Origin: Bacteroidales bacterium
Lineage (GTDB): Bacteria > Bacteroidota > Bacteroidia > Bacteroidales > VadinHA17
Assembly (NCBI GenBank): GCA_017882245.1
Contig: JADGPV010000202.1
Coordinates: forward strand, 1-34,546
DNA length: 34,546 bases
Direction: 5' to 3'
Under the pieces are notes generated by a model. That model had not been told where the DNA came from, made no database searches, and saw only the letters and a program-made list of their open reading frames with translations. Positions within the stretch are counted from its first letter, which is position 1. Each line of letters starts with the position of its first letter. Below, in pieces: positions 16,078 through 26,410 of the stretch. The position numbers and the translations under genes are program-made.

Positions 16078-16308
16078 ATGAAAAGGAAGCTTGCTTACGC
16101 TGCTGGTCTGTTACTGATTGCCTGTTCATTCACGGCATGCAGCATTCTTGGCGATAACTGCGAGGTATGCCGGCTGGTGTCATATGAAAACAATAATCAG
16201 ATAGACGCGCAATTTGAAGGCGAATACTGCGGTAATGACCTTCTTACCATAAAGGCCACACCTCCGACAACCACAGGCGGAGTCACAACGCAGTGGGAGT
16301 GCAACTGA
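16078..16308 (+). CDS. small Cys-rich putative lipoprotein
   Basis: The Met at 16078 gives MKRKLAYAAGLLLIAC-S, a lipobox-like LIAC. Five further Cys occur in about 55 mature residues. The ORF track start at 16021 adds a non-signal-like extension and would contain the candidate promoter. Confidence 0.5.
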   Translation: MKRKLAYAAGLLLIACSFTACSILGDNCEVCRLVSYENNNQIDAQFEGEYCGNDLLTIKATPPTTTGGVTTQWECN

Positions 16309-16487
16309 TCTGCTCCCGGATCTCATTATCTGACATTATATCCCTCCCTCTGCTTTGTTTAAAAGTTGTTGTAAAGAATTTAGCGGCAGCATTGACTTTA
16401 TTAAAAATAATGTCTATTCTTGCTTACTCTCGCCGGATAATATTGTATTGATTTCGGAATACTAACCCCGGATTCAATTTATAAAAG

Positions 16488-16892
16488 ATGCTGGATATCA
16501 CAGGCAAAAGAATTGCGATTGTCGAAGACGACATTGCATCACTGAAGTATTATGAAACGCTGCTCCGTGAAACCGGTGCTGAAGTCTCGACTTTCCGCAA
16601 CGGAAAGGAATTTGTTGAGGCTGTTACTTCAGGTAAGGCTGTCTTTGAAATGGTCTTCATGGATTTTCTTGTCCCGCTTGTCAACGGTATTGACTGTACA
16701 AGGGCTTTCCGCCAGGTAAATCGTTCGGCACCTGTGATCCTTATTACTGCCTATTATTCCGAACAGACTAAAAATGAAGCTTATATAGCAGGATGTACAG
16801 AATATAACCTCAAGCCGATCTTCCCCGATAAGATCTATATGATCCTGGAGAAGTACCTTGCCCCAAGGCGGGCATATCAGATGAATGATTGA
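16488..16892 (+). CDS. stand-alone response regulator receiver (CheY-like) protein
   Basis: IAIVEDD acidic pocket, phospho-acceptor in MVFMDFLVP, ILITAY, and a conserved Lys in LKPI. No output domain. Confidence 0.85.
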   Translation: MLDITGKRIAIVEDDIASLKYYETLLRETGAEVSTFRNGKEFVEAVTSGKAVFEMVFMDFLVPLVNGIDCTRAFRQVNRSAPVILITAYYSEQTKNEAYIAGCTEYNLKPIFPDKIYMILEKYLAPRRAYQMND

Positions 16893-16910
16893 ATCGAATT
16901 TTCATCATAA

Positions 16911-16931
16911 CGACGCGCAGATTGCGCGTCG
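16911..16931. terminator. GC-rich hairpin CGACGCGCA-gat-TGCGCGTCG between convergent genes
   Basis: Perfect 9-bp stem with a 3-nt loop, 19 nt after the receiver-gene stop and 59 nt from the DUF2723 stop. There is no clear U-tract on either strand. Confidence 0.4.
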
Positions 16932-16989
16932 CTACAATGTACATTTTATCTCCGCTACTGCCTCACTATTGCCTATTGCCTGTTGCCTG

Positions 16990-19900
16990 TTACTTTTTTA
17001 ACGCTACATATTTTGTATATAGCTCGCTGAACTTGCCGTTAAGCTCTTCGGCAAGGTCAGCCTCTCCGTTACTGTAACATATCTGCATCACCTGCGATAC
17101 GATCTGCAGACCCTGTGCTATCTCCTGATCAGCAGATGCGGCAATCAGAGGCTTCTGGCTTAGAAGATAACCGATATGCTCAAAATAATAATTCGTAAGA
17201 TCGCGTGTCATAGTTACTGCCTTCTCTTTGTTGCCGGCAGCAAACCAACCGGAGATGATATCCGAACAGTACAAATCATAACCGAGTTTCGACACAGGAA
17301 GAACATCCATGCATCTCTCAAGAACCTCATTGGCTCGCATCTTATCGCCCCGGGCTGCCAGTTCGCCGGCAAGCCTGGCGTACATGAGACGTGCCCTGAC
17401 CACTGTAAGTGTGCGCTTGTTATAATAATCAATATTGACATTTGGGTCGTTGGCTCCGCCCCAGACAAAATGATTCATCATGTTATCATAAAGAAGGTCT
17501 GTATCTACCCGGCCGTATTCAAACCAGCTCTTGTTCTCGCTTTTAATAGGAACCAGCCGGTAAGCAAGTCCTTCAAGCTGGAAATACTCCTCGAGTCCAA
17601 GGGCGTCATCATGATACCCTGTCACATAATATATAGGCCTGTCCCAGTTATTATTGGCAAGGATATCAAGAACCATCAGCTGGCTCTTAAGTATCCATGA
17701 CCCCTTCAGCTTGATATCGATATAGGGTACTATTTTATCAGCATCCTCCTGCCTGACAGTGCCGTTGGCAATAACCTTCGCCGAATCTACAGGTATACGT
17801 ATTGTGCGTGTGGGAATATAATAGATATCCTCACCATATAGTTTCAGTTTTGATACATCGCTGTCGCTATTGATGAAGTTGATCACTTCCTTTGCCGTTG
17901 CCGGTTCTTTTACTCTTTCATAGACAGCAACCTGGTTGTTGACACCGTCATAATACAGTTTCTTAGGCAGGCTGACGGGAAGGGACTTTGAGGTATAAGC
18001 CTCCATTTTCATCTGGTCAATATACCAATCTGTATTCAGAAGCATCAGGTTGCAGACGCGCACGTCTGTACGCATGCCCTCAACCTCCTGTGCATACCAA
18101 AGCGGGAACGTGTCGTTATCGCCGTTGGTAAAGAGTATTGCCTGCGGCGCGCATGAGTTGAGATAGTTAAATGCCACATCGCGTGCAAGATATCTTCCTG
18201 ACCTGTCATGATCATGAAAGTTTTCTGCTCCCATCAATACCGGAACAGCAAGGGTTAACAGTGAAGCGATAATAGCGCCAGCCTTCTCTCCGGTCAGCTT
18301 TCTCAGAAGCTCAAAGAGTGCCAGCACCCCCAGTCCGATCCATATCGTAAATGCATAGAAGGATGCTGCATAGGCATAATCACGCTCCCTCGGCTGGTTG
18401 GGATACTGATTGAGGTATACCACAATGGCAATGCCGGTCATAATAAAAAGCAACAGTACTATCCACCAGTTCCGCACATCACGGTTGAAATGCCAGAGAA
18501 AGCCCACAAGGCCCAGCAGAAGGGGTAATAAGAAATACCTGTTGCGCGATGGATCATTCTTCATGTCGTCCGGCATATTATAAACGGTCCCAAGCCGTGG
18601 TGCGTCAAGGAAATTAAATCCGGTTATCCAGTTGCCGTCAAGTATACCTCCGTAGCTCTGAGTATCGTTCTGCCGTCCGCTGAAGTTCCACATAAAATAT
18701 CTGAAATACATGAAGCCGAATTGGTAGTTGAACATAAACGCCAGGTTCTGACCAAAGGTGGGCACCCGCACTGTGGCCGGCTCTCCGGTCTGCGGATCAG
18801 TTATCCGTACAGGCTTGCCTTTTTTTCCTGTGTATTGTTCATAAACCTTAACATATTCCGGCTGGTCATTCCACATCCTCGGCAGGATAGTCATAAACCT
18901 TTTATCATACTTTCTTATCGTCTCACGATTGGTGATCTTATATTTACCGTCGACCGGATTATATGTCGGTTTGCCTTTTTCATAATTTGTCACCGGAGCG
19001 TTATAATACGGCCCGTAAAACAACGGACGTGCTCCGTATTGTTCGCGGTTAAGATAATAGAGCAAAGCGAAAGGGTTTGAGGGATCGTTCTCGTTTATTG
19101 GTGTCTCCGCAGTCGATCTGATGACGATAGTAGCAAACGCGGAATATCCGATAAAGATTACCATCAGAGATGTCATTATTGTGTTCAGCGCCACTCTGTT
19201 ATGCGTAGCGAGGTAATACACTAAATAAATGATCCCGGCAAGGAAAATGATATTGACCAGCCATGATCCGGTAAGTATCCATATACCTGACAAAAGAAAG
19301 GTCAGGCCGGAAAGGATGAAACCTTTTCTTCCGTCTTCATGGGAAAAAGTGTACCACACGGAAAGCAGAAGGGCGGTAATGAGCAGGATAAGATGTATAT
19401 ACATTCCGCTGTTGAAAGGCATACCGATACTGTTGACAAAGAACAGTTCAAAGCGCGATGTGATCATGAAGATACCGGGGATGATACCGTACATGATTAA
19501 CACCAGAATGAACAATGACACTACCAGTGAGAGAGCAAGTCCCTTCCATGAAAACTCATACTTGCGGAAGTAATACACGCATACAATTGCCGGAATAGCC
19601 AGAAGGTTAAGCAGATGCACCCCTATGGAGAGGCCCATCATAAAGGCAATCAGTATTATCCATCTGTCAGCGTGAGGCTGATCCGCAACATCCTCCCATC
19701 TGAGTATAGCCCAGAATACCGCCGCGGTGAAGAGTGATGATGTGGCATAAACCTCGCCTTCCACGGCCGAAAACCAGAATGTATCTGAGAATGCATATGC
19801 CAGAGCTCCTGTCAGTCCTGCTCCCAGGACAGCGATCACCCTGCCGGCAGTAAAGTCAGATTCCTGACGCATTATGATCCTCCGTGCAAGGTGGGTGATA

Positions 19901-20214
19901 GTCCAGAACAGGAAAAGAATTGTCAGCGCGCTCGCCAGCGCAGACATGGCATTTATCATCATTGCGACTTTTGATGTGTCGCCTCCGGCGAAATTGGCAA
20001 AGAACCTTCCAAGCATCATGAAGAAGGGTGCTCCGGGAGGATGGCCTACCTCAAGCTTGAAAGCTGATGCAATGAACTCGCCGCAATCCCACAGGCTTGC
20101 CGAGGGCTCTATTGTCAGGAGGTAAGTGACCGCTGCGATGGCAAAGACGACCCACCCGAGGATGTTATCCCAAAGCCTGAATTTTTTTATCATACCTGAA
20201 TTTTTACCTGTCAC
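16990..20214 (-). CDS. DUF2723 (TMEM260-like) polytopic membrane protein, putative glycosyltransferase with a large C-terminal extracytoplasmic domain
   Basis: The N-terminus ...TIEPSASLWDCGEFIASAFKLEVGHPPGAPFFMMLGRFF is the characteristic DUF2723 opening. It is followed by at least 10 hydrophobic helices and then about 450 aa of soluble region with TPR-like helices at the end. Confidence 0.8.
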   Translation of the reverse strand: MTGKNSGMIKKFRLWDNILGWVVFAIAAVTYLLTIEPSASLWDCGEFIASAFKLEVGHPPGAPFFMMLGRFFANFAGGDTSKVAMMINAMSALASALTILFLFWTITHLARRIIMRQESDFTAGRVIAVLGAGLTGALAYAFSDTFWFSAVEGEVYATSSLFTAAVFWAILRWEDVADQPHADRWIILIAFMMGLSIGVHLLNLLAIPAIVCVYYFRKYEFSWKGLALSLVVSLFILVLIMYGIIPGIFMITSRFELFFVNSIGMPFNSGMYIHLILLITALLLSVWYTFSHEDGRKGFILSGLTFLLSGIWILTGSWLVNIIFLAGIIYLVYYLATHNRVALNTIMTSLMVIFIGYSAFATIVIRSTAETPINENDPSNPFALLYYLNREQYGARPLFYGPYYNAPVTNYEKGKPTYNPVDGKYKITNRETIRKYDKRFMTILPRMWNDQPEYVKVYEQYTGKKGKPVRITDPQTGEPATVRVPTFGQNLAFMFNYQFGFMYFRYFMWNFSGRQNDTQSYGGILDGNWITGFNFLDAPRLGTVYNMPDDMKNDPSRNRYFLLPLLLGLVGFLWHFNRDVRNWWIVLLLFIMTGIAIVVYLNQYPNQPRERDYAYAASFYAFTIWIGLGVLALFELLRKLTGEKAGAIIASLLTLAVPVLMGAENFHDHDRSGRYLARDVAFNYLNSCAPQAILFTNGDNDTFPLWYAQEVEGMRTDVRVCNLMLLNTDWYIDQMKMEAYTSKSLPVSLPKKLYYDGVNNQVAVYERVKEPATAKEVINFINSDSDVSKLKLYGEDIYYIPTRTIRIPVDSAKVIANGTVRQEDADKIVPYIDIKLKGSWILKSQLMVLDILANNNWDRPIYYVTGYHDDALGLEEYFQLEGLAYRLVPIKSENKSWFEYGRVDTDLLYDNMMNHFVWGGANDPNVNIDYYNKRTLTVVRARLMYARLAGELAARGDKMRANEVLERCMDVLPVSKLGYDLYCSDIISGWFAAGNKEKAVTMTRDLTNYYFEHIGYLLSQKPLIAASADQEIAQGLQIVSQVMQICYSNGEADLAEELNGKFSELYTKYVALKK

Positions 20215-20277
20215 GGTTTACACCGCACGAAAATAATAAGAATTTGGCGTGAAGCCGAAGATATCGGCCATTTTTGG

Positions 20278-20285
20278 TATTTTTG
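20278..20285 (+). promoter_or_regulatory. candidate -7 promoter box TATTTTTG
   Basis: TAnnTTTG match 16 nt upstream of the ATG at 20301, in the 86-bp divergent intergenic region. Confidence 0.3.
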
Positions 20286-20300
20286 GCCAAACTGACATGC

Positions 20301-23168
20301 ATGAAAAAAAGGCTTCTGCTGCTCTTATTGTGTCTTATACCGCTGGTCAGGGCGGGCGCACAGTACTATGATACGGGGCAGGATCCGGCTTCCCTGAAAT
20401 GGCTTCAGATTCAGACACCGCATTTCCGCGTTATCTATCCGGATAATTTTAATTCCATTGCGGCGAAATATGCGCGGTTCCTTGAAGAATCATATGACAC
20501 CCTGTCAGTTCTTTATCCTTACGGGAAGACACGTATTCCTGTGATCATACATAATTACTCAATGGAGTCAAACGGTTATGTCACCTGGGCTCCGCGCCGG
20601 ATGGAGCTCTTTCCGTTGCCCGGCCAGGAAAACCTGCCTGAGGACCCCGCAAAATCACTGACTGTTCACGAAACAATACATGTATTGCAGCTGGCATCAC
20701 TCAACAAAAAAGGTTTTGGCAGGGCTCTGGGGTATGTTTTTGGTGAGCAGATTGTTGCCCTGAGTGCCCTGGAAATACCACCGTGGGCATTTGAAGGTGA
20801 TGCGGTTTATGCAGAAACTGTCACAGGTCTTTCAGGCAGGGGCCGTAGCAATGCGTTCACGCAGGGCGCCAGGGCCTTAGCCGCCTCCCCCGGCGGCATC
20901 TACGGCTATGACAAAATGCTTGACGGATCCTATAAGGACTTCACTCCTGATCACTATGTTTTCGGATACCTGATGATGAACAGGTTGCGTAACCAGAACG
21001 GTGAAGCCTGGAGCGACGCCATAAAAAAAGTCTCCTCGGGCTATCCCTTTAATCCTGTAAATAACAGCCTTAAAAAAGAGACCGGACTGACAAAGAAAAG
21101 GCTCTATGATTCGACATTTAGTTATCTCGCGAAAATGTGGAATGACAGCACACAACTGGCCTTCACCGATTATCCCGCGTTGAACCTCAGGGAGAAGAAT
21201 AATTATATCAGCCATTACATGCCCCAAAGGGTAGATGACAGCAGAATTATATCACTGAAGACCTCCCTGACGCATCCATCATGCTTTGTGATTACCGATA
21301 AAAGTGGTGGAACGGAACATGTGTTGACCACCACCGGGTATATATATCCTCATATTTTTTCATATTCTGACAGTACTGTAGTATGGGCAGAACTTTACCC
21401 GGATCCCAGGTGGGATAACCGCGATTATTCGGTTATCAAAAAAATGAATGTCAATGGGGGGCCTGTAACACAACTTACATTCCGTACCCGTTACGAGGCG
21501 CCTGACCTCTCCCCTGACGGAAAGACTATAGTTGCTGTATCAACAACACCTGATCTTCATTATTCACTTATATTTATTGATGCCATCAGCGGAGAGACAA
21601 TGATGGATCTTACCATACCTGACAATATGATTATACAGCGGCCGGTATGGTCATCTGACGGCAGGGCTGTGACAGTAGTCACCCTTAATAAGGAGGGTGA
21701 GGGAATAAGAACATATTATCCGACAGGTAAAAGGTGGGTTGTGAACATGCTCGAAACTGTTAAAGACATCATCCGGGCTGAAATCGTCAATGACACGCTG
21801 TATTACCTTGCACAGGGTGACGGTTCCGATAATATTTACCGGATAACAAACGACACGGCGCTAAGCCGCGTCACAAGCTCGCGCTTCGGCATATCTGGTT
21901 TCTCCGTCTCAGGCAATGAGATACTTTTTTCGGATTACAGCACCGGTGGATTTAACATCGCTTCAGCAGATGCCGGCGCCTCTGCAGTAACGGTGTCCGG
22001 CTCAATGCACAATGTCATTCCCGCGATTGCCCCGCTGCCTGCCGTGAAAGGCGGGGAACACCTTTCCGTTCCTGTCACATATGAAGCAAAACCGTACAGT
22101 AAAGCCGCGCACCTCTTTAACCTCCACAGCTGGTTCCCTTTCTATACTGATATTGATGAATTAAAGACTGATGCTACAGCAATCAGTCCAGGTGTGACAC
22201 TTCTCTCACAGAATCATCTCAGCACGCTGGTATCGACCATAGGGTATGAATATTCAGGCGGCAGCCATTATATTCATTCGGGACTAACCTGGAAGGGCTG
22301 GTATCCGGTAATTGAGGCTGATATCACTTATGGCGGTAAACAGATCATAATAAAAGATTCCGTTGCAGCACCGGACCCCAATCATCTGAATGGTAATCTG
22401 AACCTGAATGTCAATATTTATGATCAGCTGTGGTTTGCCCACAGTAAGTTCAGGCAGTTGTTCATGCCGGCGGTATACATGAACTATCGCAATATTTATA
22501 CATATATTTCTGAAGATAATGATTATGACAAGGGCGTAGTCTATCTTACCGGACGCCTCTATCTGTCAAACACTTTCAGGACAGCCTGGCGGGATATAAA
22601 TCCACGGTGGGGTCAGGTGATTGATCTCAGGCTTACAACAACGCCGTGGGACAAAGATATTTACAGCAACAGGAAATATATAAGGGGAATGCTGTTCTTC
22701 CCGGGAATTGGCAGAAATCACAGTTTAGTGATTAAGGCCGGTTACGAAAACCAGGCACCTTTCAACAAGCTGATCTACGAAAACCAGATCTCATACCCCA
22801 GGGGTTATGAAAATGATTTTGTGTCGGAAAAACTTCTCTCTTTTTCAGCTGATTATACTACGCCCCTCTTTTATCCTGATCTTGCTGCGGGAAGCCTGCT
22901 GTACCTGAAAAGGATCAGGGGCTCCTTGTTTTTTGACGCTGCGACCGCAAAGAGAATCTATAATTCCCGCACTCAGTCTTTCAGCGAGGGATCTTCAGAC
23001 TTCAGCTCATTAGGCGCCGAACTGCTTGCCGATTTCTATATACTGAGACTCCCCTTTGAGATAAACGCAGGAGTCAGCGGGGGCTATATCCCGGCAGATA
23101 ACAAACCGTTTATCAGAGGAGTATTCTCAGTCAACATCTACGGCACTACGCTCGGAAAGGAGCGATGA
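20301..23168 (+). CDS. large secreted/outer-membrane hypothetical protein: HExxH-containing N-domain, TolB-like beta-propeller repeats, barrel-like C-terminal third
   Basis: The Met at 20301 gives the signal peptide MKKRLLLLLLCLIPLVRAGAQ (the ORF track TTG at 20274 is less likely). HETIH motif in LTVHETIHVLQ. SPDGKTIVAV and WSSDGRAVTV propeller-type repeats. The C-terminal region is rich in alternating aromatic/Gly strands. Confidence 0.7.
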   Translation: MKKRLLLLLLCLIPLVRAGAQYYDTGQDPASLKWLQIQTPHFRVIYPDNFNSIAAKYARFLEESYDTLSVLYPYGKTRIPVIIHNYSMESNGYVTWAPRRMELFPLPGQENLPEDPAKSLTVHETIHVLQLASLNKKGFGRALGYVFGEQIVALSALEIPPWAFEGDAVYAETVTGLSGRGRSNAFTQGARALAASPGGIYGYDKMLDGSYKDFTPDHYVFGYLMMNRLRNQNGEAWSDAIKKVSSGYPFNPVNNSLKKETGLTKKRLYDSTFSYLAKMWNDSTQLAFTDYPALNLREKNNYISHYMPQRVDDSRIISLKTSLTHPSCFVITDKSGGTEHVLTTTGYIYPHIFSYSDSTVVWAELYPDPRWDNRDYSVIKKMNVNGGPVTQLTFRTRYEAPDLSPDGKTIVAVSTTPDLHYSLIFIDAISGETMMDLTIPDNMIIQRPVWSSDGRAVTVVTLNKEGEGIRTYYPTGKRWVVNMLETVKDIIRAEIVNDTLYYLAQGDGSDNIYRITNDTALSRVTSSRFGISGFSVSGNEILFSDYSTGGFNIASADAGASAVTVSGSMHNVIPAIAPLPAVKGGEHLSVPVTYEAKPYSKAAHLFNLHSWFPFYTDIDELKTDATAISPGVTLLSQNHLSTLVSTIGYEYSGGSHYIHSGLTWKGWYPVIEADITYGGKQIIIKDSVAAPDPNHLNGNLNLNVNIYDQLWFAHSKFRQLFMPAVYMNYRNIYTYISEDNDYDKGVVYLTGRLYLSNTFRTAWRDINPRWGQVIDLRLTTTPWDKDIYSNRKYIRGMLFFPGIGRNHSLVIKAGYENQAPFNKLIYENQISYPRGYENDFVSEKLLSFSADYTTPLFYPDLAAGSLLYLKRIRGSLFFDAATAKRIYNSRTQSFSEGSSDFSSLGAELLADFYILRLPFEINAGVSGGYIPADNKPFIRGVFSVNIYGTTLGKER

Positions 23169-24569
23169 TGCGCAATCCTTTATCATTTCCCATGCATCCA
23201 GCACATGATGCTCTGTAACACCTGTCTGAGCAGTGACCATACGAAGGACATACCTTCCGTTGACTGTGGTATGGGTCAGATAGATCCTTCCGGCATCATT
23301 AAGTGTGTGATTTATTTTTTCGTTTAGTTTGTTTGCCTGTTCAACTGTCAGTCCTTCGGGCTGGAAGCAAAAACAAACTGTGTTGAGATGTACAGGCGCC
23401 ATCACTTTGAAATTGTTTTCAGCCTCTATTAATCCTGCAAGCATCTTTGCAAGGCGTATATGTTCCCTGATCATTGTCTGCAGTTTTTCAACTCCATACG
23501 AGCGTATCACCGCCCACAGCTTGAGTGCCCTGAAGCGCCTGCCAAGCGGAATGCCCCAATCGCGGTAGTCATTGACCATACCCCTTGTGCGGGTCTTAAG
23601 GTACTCGGGGAGTATCTCAAAAGTGCGTATCAGTGAAGCAGCATCGCGGACAAAATATGCCGAGCAGTCAAATTTGGTGAACATCCACTTGTGCGGATTG
23701 AATACCAGCGAATCGACATACTCCATGCCGTCTGCCATCCATCTCATCTCAGGCAGCAGCAGGGCTGTGCCGCCGATGGCGGCGTCGACATGCAGCCAGA
23801 TATTCTTTTCGTGGCATATCTCGCCTACGGGGCGCAGAGGGTCAATGGCAGTGGTACCTGTAGTGCCAAGAGTTGCAACCACGCAACAGGGAATATATCC
23901 CGCACTGATATCCTGTTCAACAGCTTTTCTCAATGCCTCCGGGTCAATTGTATTATCATCCTTCACCGGCACCTTGACCAGGTTCTTCCTTCCGATGCCC
24001 GCCACACCTGCGCCCTTCTCAACCGATGAGTGAGCCTGTGTTGAACAGTAGATCCGCATTCTGCCAGTCCCTGAGAGACCCTCGTTATTCGAAGCAAATT
24101 CCGTCACCTTCTCCCTTGCAGTTATAATGGCCGCCAGTGTTGCAGATGAAGCGCTGTCCTGTATCACCCCCTCGAAGTATGACGGCAGACCTGTCATCAT
24201 CCTGAGCCATTCCATCATACGTTCCTCCAGCTCGGCAGCAGCAGGTGAGGTTTCCCAAATCATGCACTGTGCACCCAGCGCTGCCGTAAGCATCTCGGCA
24301 AGAACGGAAGGAGGACTTGAATTTGCGGGGAAATAGGCAAAAAAGTTAGGGCTTTGCCAGTGCGTTATGCCGGGCATGATTATCTCATCAAAATCTTTCA
24401 GGAAAAGATCAAAAGATTCACTCCCTGAAGGGGGGATCTCAGGCAGGGCATCTTTCACAGACCCCGGGACAGAACGCGATTTTACCGGAAACTGTTCAAT
24501 ATTCTCGAAATACCGGGAGATCCATTCAACAATCTCATGGCCGTATTTCCGGAACTCATCAGTATCCAT
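23127..24569 (-). CDS. pyridoxal-dependent (group II) aromatic-L-amino-acid/tyrosine decarboxylase family protein
   Basis: ITHWQSPNFFAYFPANSS, the PLP-lysine motif NPHKWMF, and DAAIGG. 480 aa, collinear with DOPA/aromatic amino acid decarboxylases. Confidence 0.88.
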   Translation of the reverse strand: MDTDEFRKYGHEIVEWISRYFENIEQFPVKSRSVPGSVKDALPEIPPSGSESFDLFLKDFDEIIMPGITHWQSPNFFAYFPANSSPPSVLAEMLTAALGAQCMIWETSPAAAELEERMMEWLRMMTGLPSYFEGVIQDSASSATLAAIITAREKVTEFASNNEGLSGTGRMRIYCSTQAHSSVEKGAGVAGIGRKNLVKVPVKDDNTIDPEALRKAVEQDISAGYIPCCVVATLGTTGTTAIDPLRPVGEICHEKNIWLHVDAAIGGTALLLPEMRWMADGMEYVDSLVFNPHKWMFTKFDCSAYFVRDAASLIRTFEILPEYLKTRTRGMVNDYRDWGIPLGRRFRALKLWAVIRSYGVEKLQTMIREHIRLAKMLAGLIEAENNFKVMAPVHLNTVCFCFQPEGLTVEQANKLNEKINHTLNDAGRIYLTHTTVNGRYVLRMVTAQTGVTEHHVLDAWEMIKDCASSLLSERSAVDVD

Positions 24570-24574
24570 CAGTT

Positions 24575-24826
24575 TCAGCTTTCAGAGACCGAATCGGCGA
24601 GAAGGATGATCCTGTTCTTTTTCACCTCTATCACACCGCCGGTAATCTCATACTTTATCACCTGACCCTGTTCATCAGCAATGATCACAGGACCTTTATC
24701 AAGAGTAGAAATGATGGGTGCATGGTCTTTCAATACCTGAAAGGAGCCTTTTTTCCCGGGCACTCTTACCGATCGTATCTCCCCCGAATAGATCCTGCTG
24801 TCTGGAGTGATTATTTCAATTTTCAC
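24575..24826 (-). CDS. atpC: F1 ATP synthase epsilon subunit (short form, beta-sandwich only)
   Basis: 83 aa, directly downstream of atpD. MKIEIITPDSRIYSGEI...VPGKKGSFQVLKDHAPIIS is typical of the epsilon N-domain. Confidence 0.88.
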   Translation of the reverse strand: MKIEIITPDSRIYSGEIRSVRVPGKKGSFQVLKDHAPIISTLDKGPVIIADEQGQVIKYEITGGVIEVKKNRIILLADSVSES

Positions 24827-24844
24827 GTCTGATCAGATTTGGCA

Positions 24845-26362
<1,518 letters not shown>

Positions 26363-26410
26363 TTAAATATATTTCTTTTTACTAATGTCCGGTTCTTTCA
26401 GTGAAGCAGT

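Noticed and set aside
16955-16993. Tandem heptamers TATTGCC-TATTGCC-TGTTGCC-TGTTAC running into the DUF2723 stop codon
   Set aside because: There are only about 3.5 imperfect units in a short convergent intergenic tail. No coding or structural role is evident, and replication slippage is the likely cause. Noted only for completeness.
17176-19573. Antisense ORFs inside the DUF2723 gene (17176-17700, 18721-19080, 19229-19573)
   Set aside because: The minus-strand frame is continuous for 1074 aa with the diagnostic DUF2723 N-terminus. The antisense products show no motifs.
23329-24609. + strand ORFs opposite the decarboxylase gene (23572-24033, 23691-24029 and others)
   Set aside because: They overlap a gene with a clear PLP-decarboxylase signature, and no start-site or motif support was seen.
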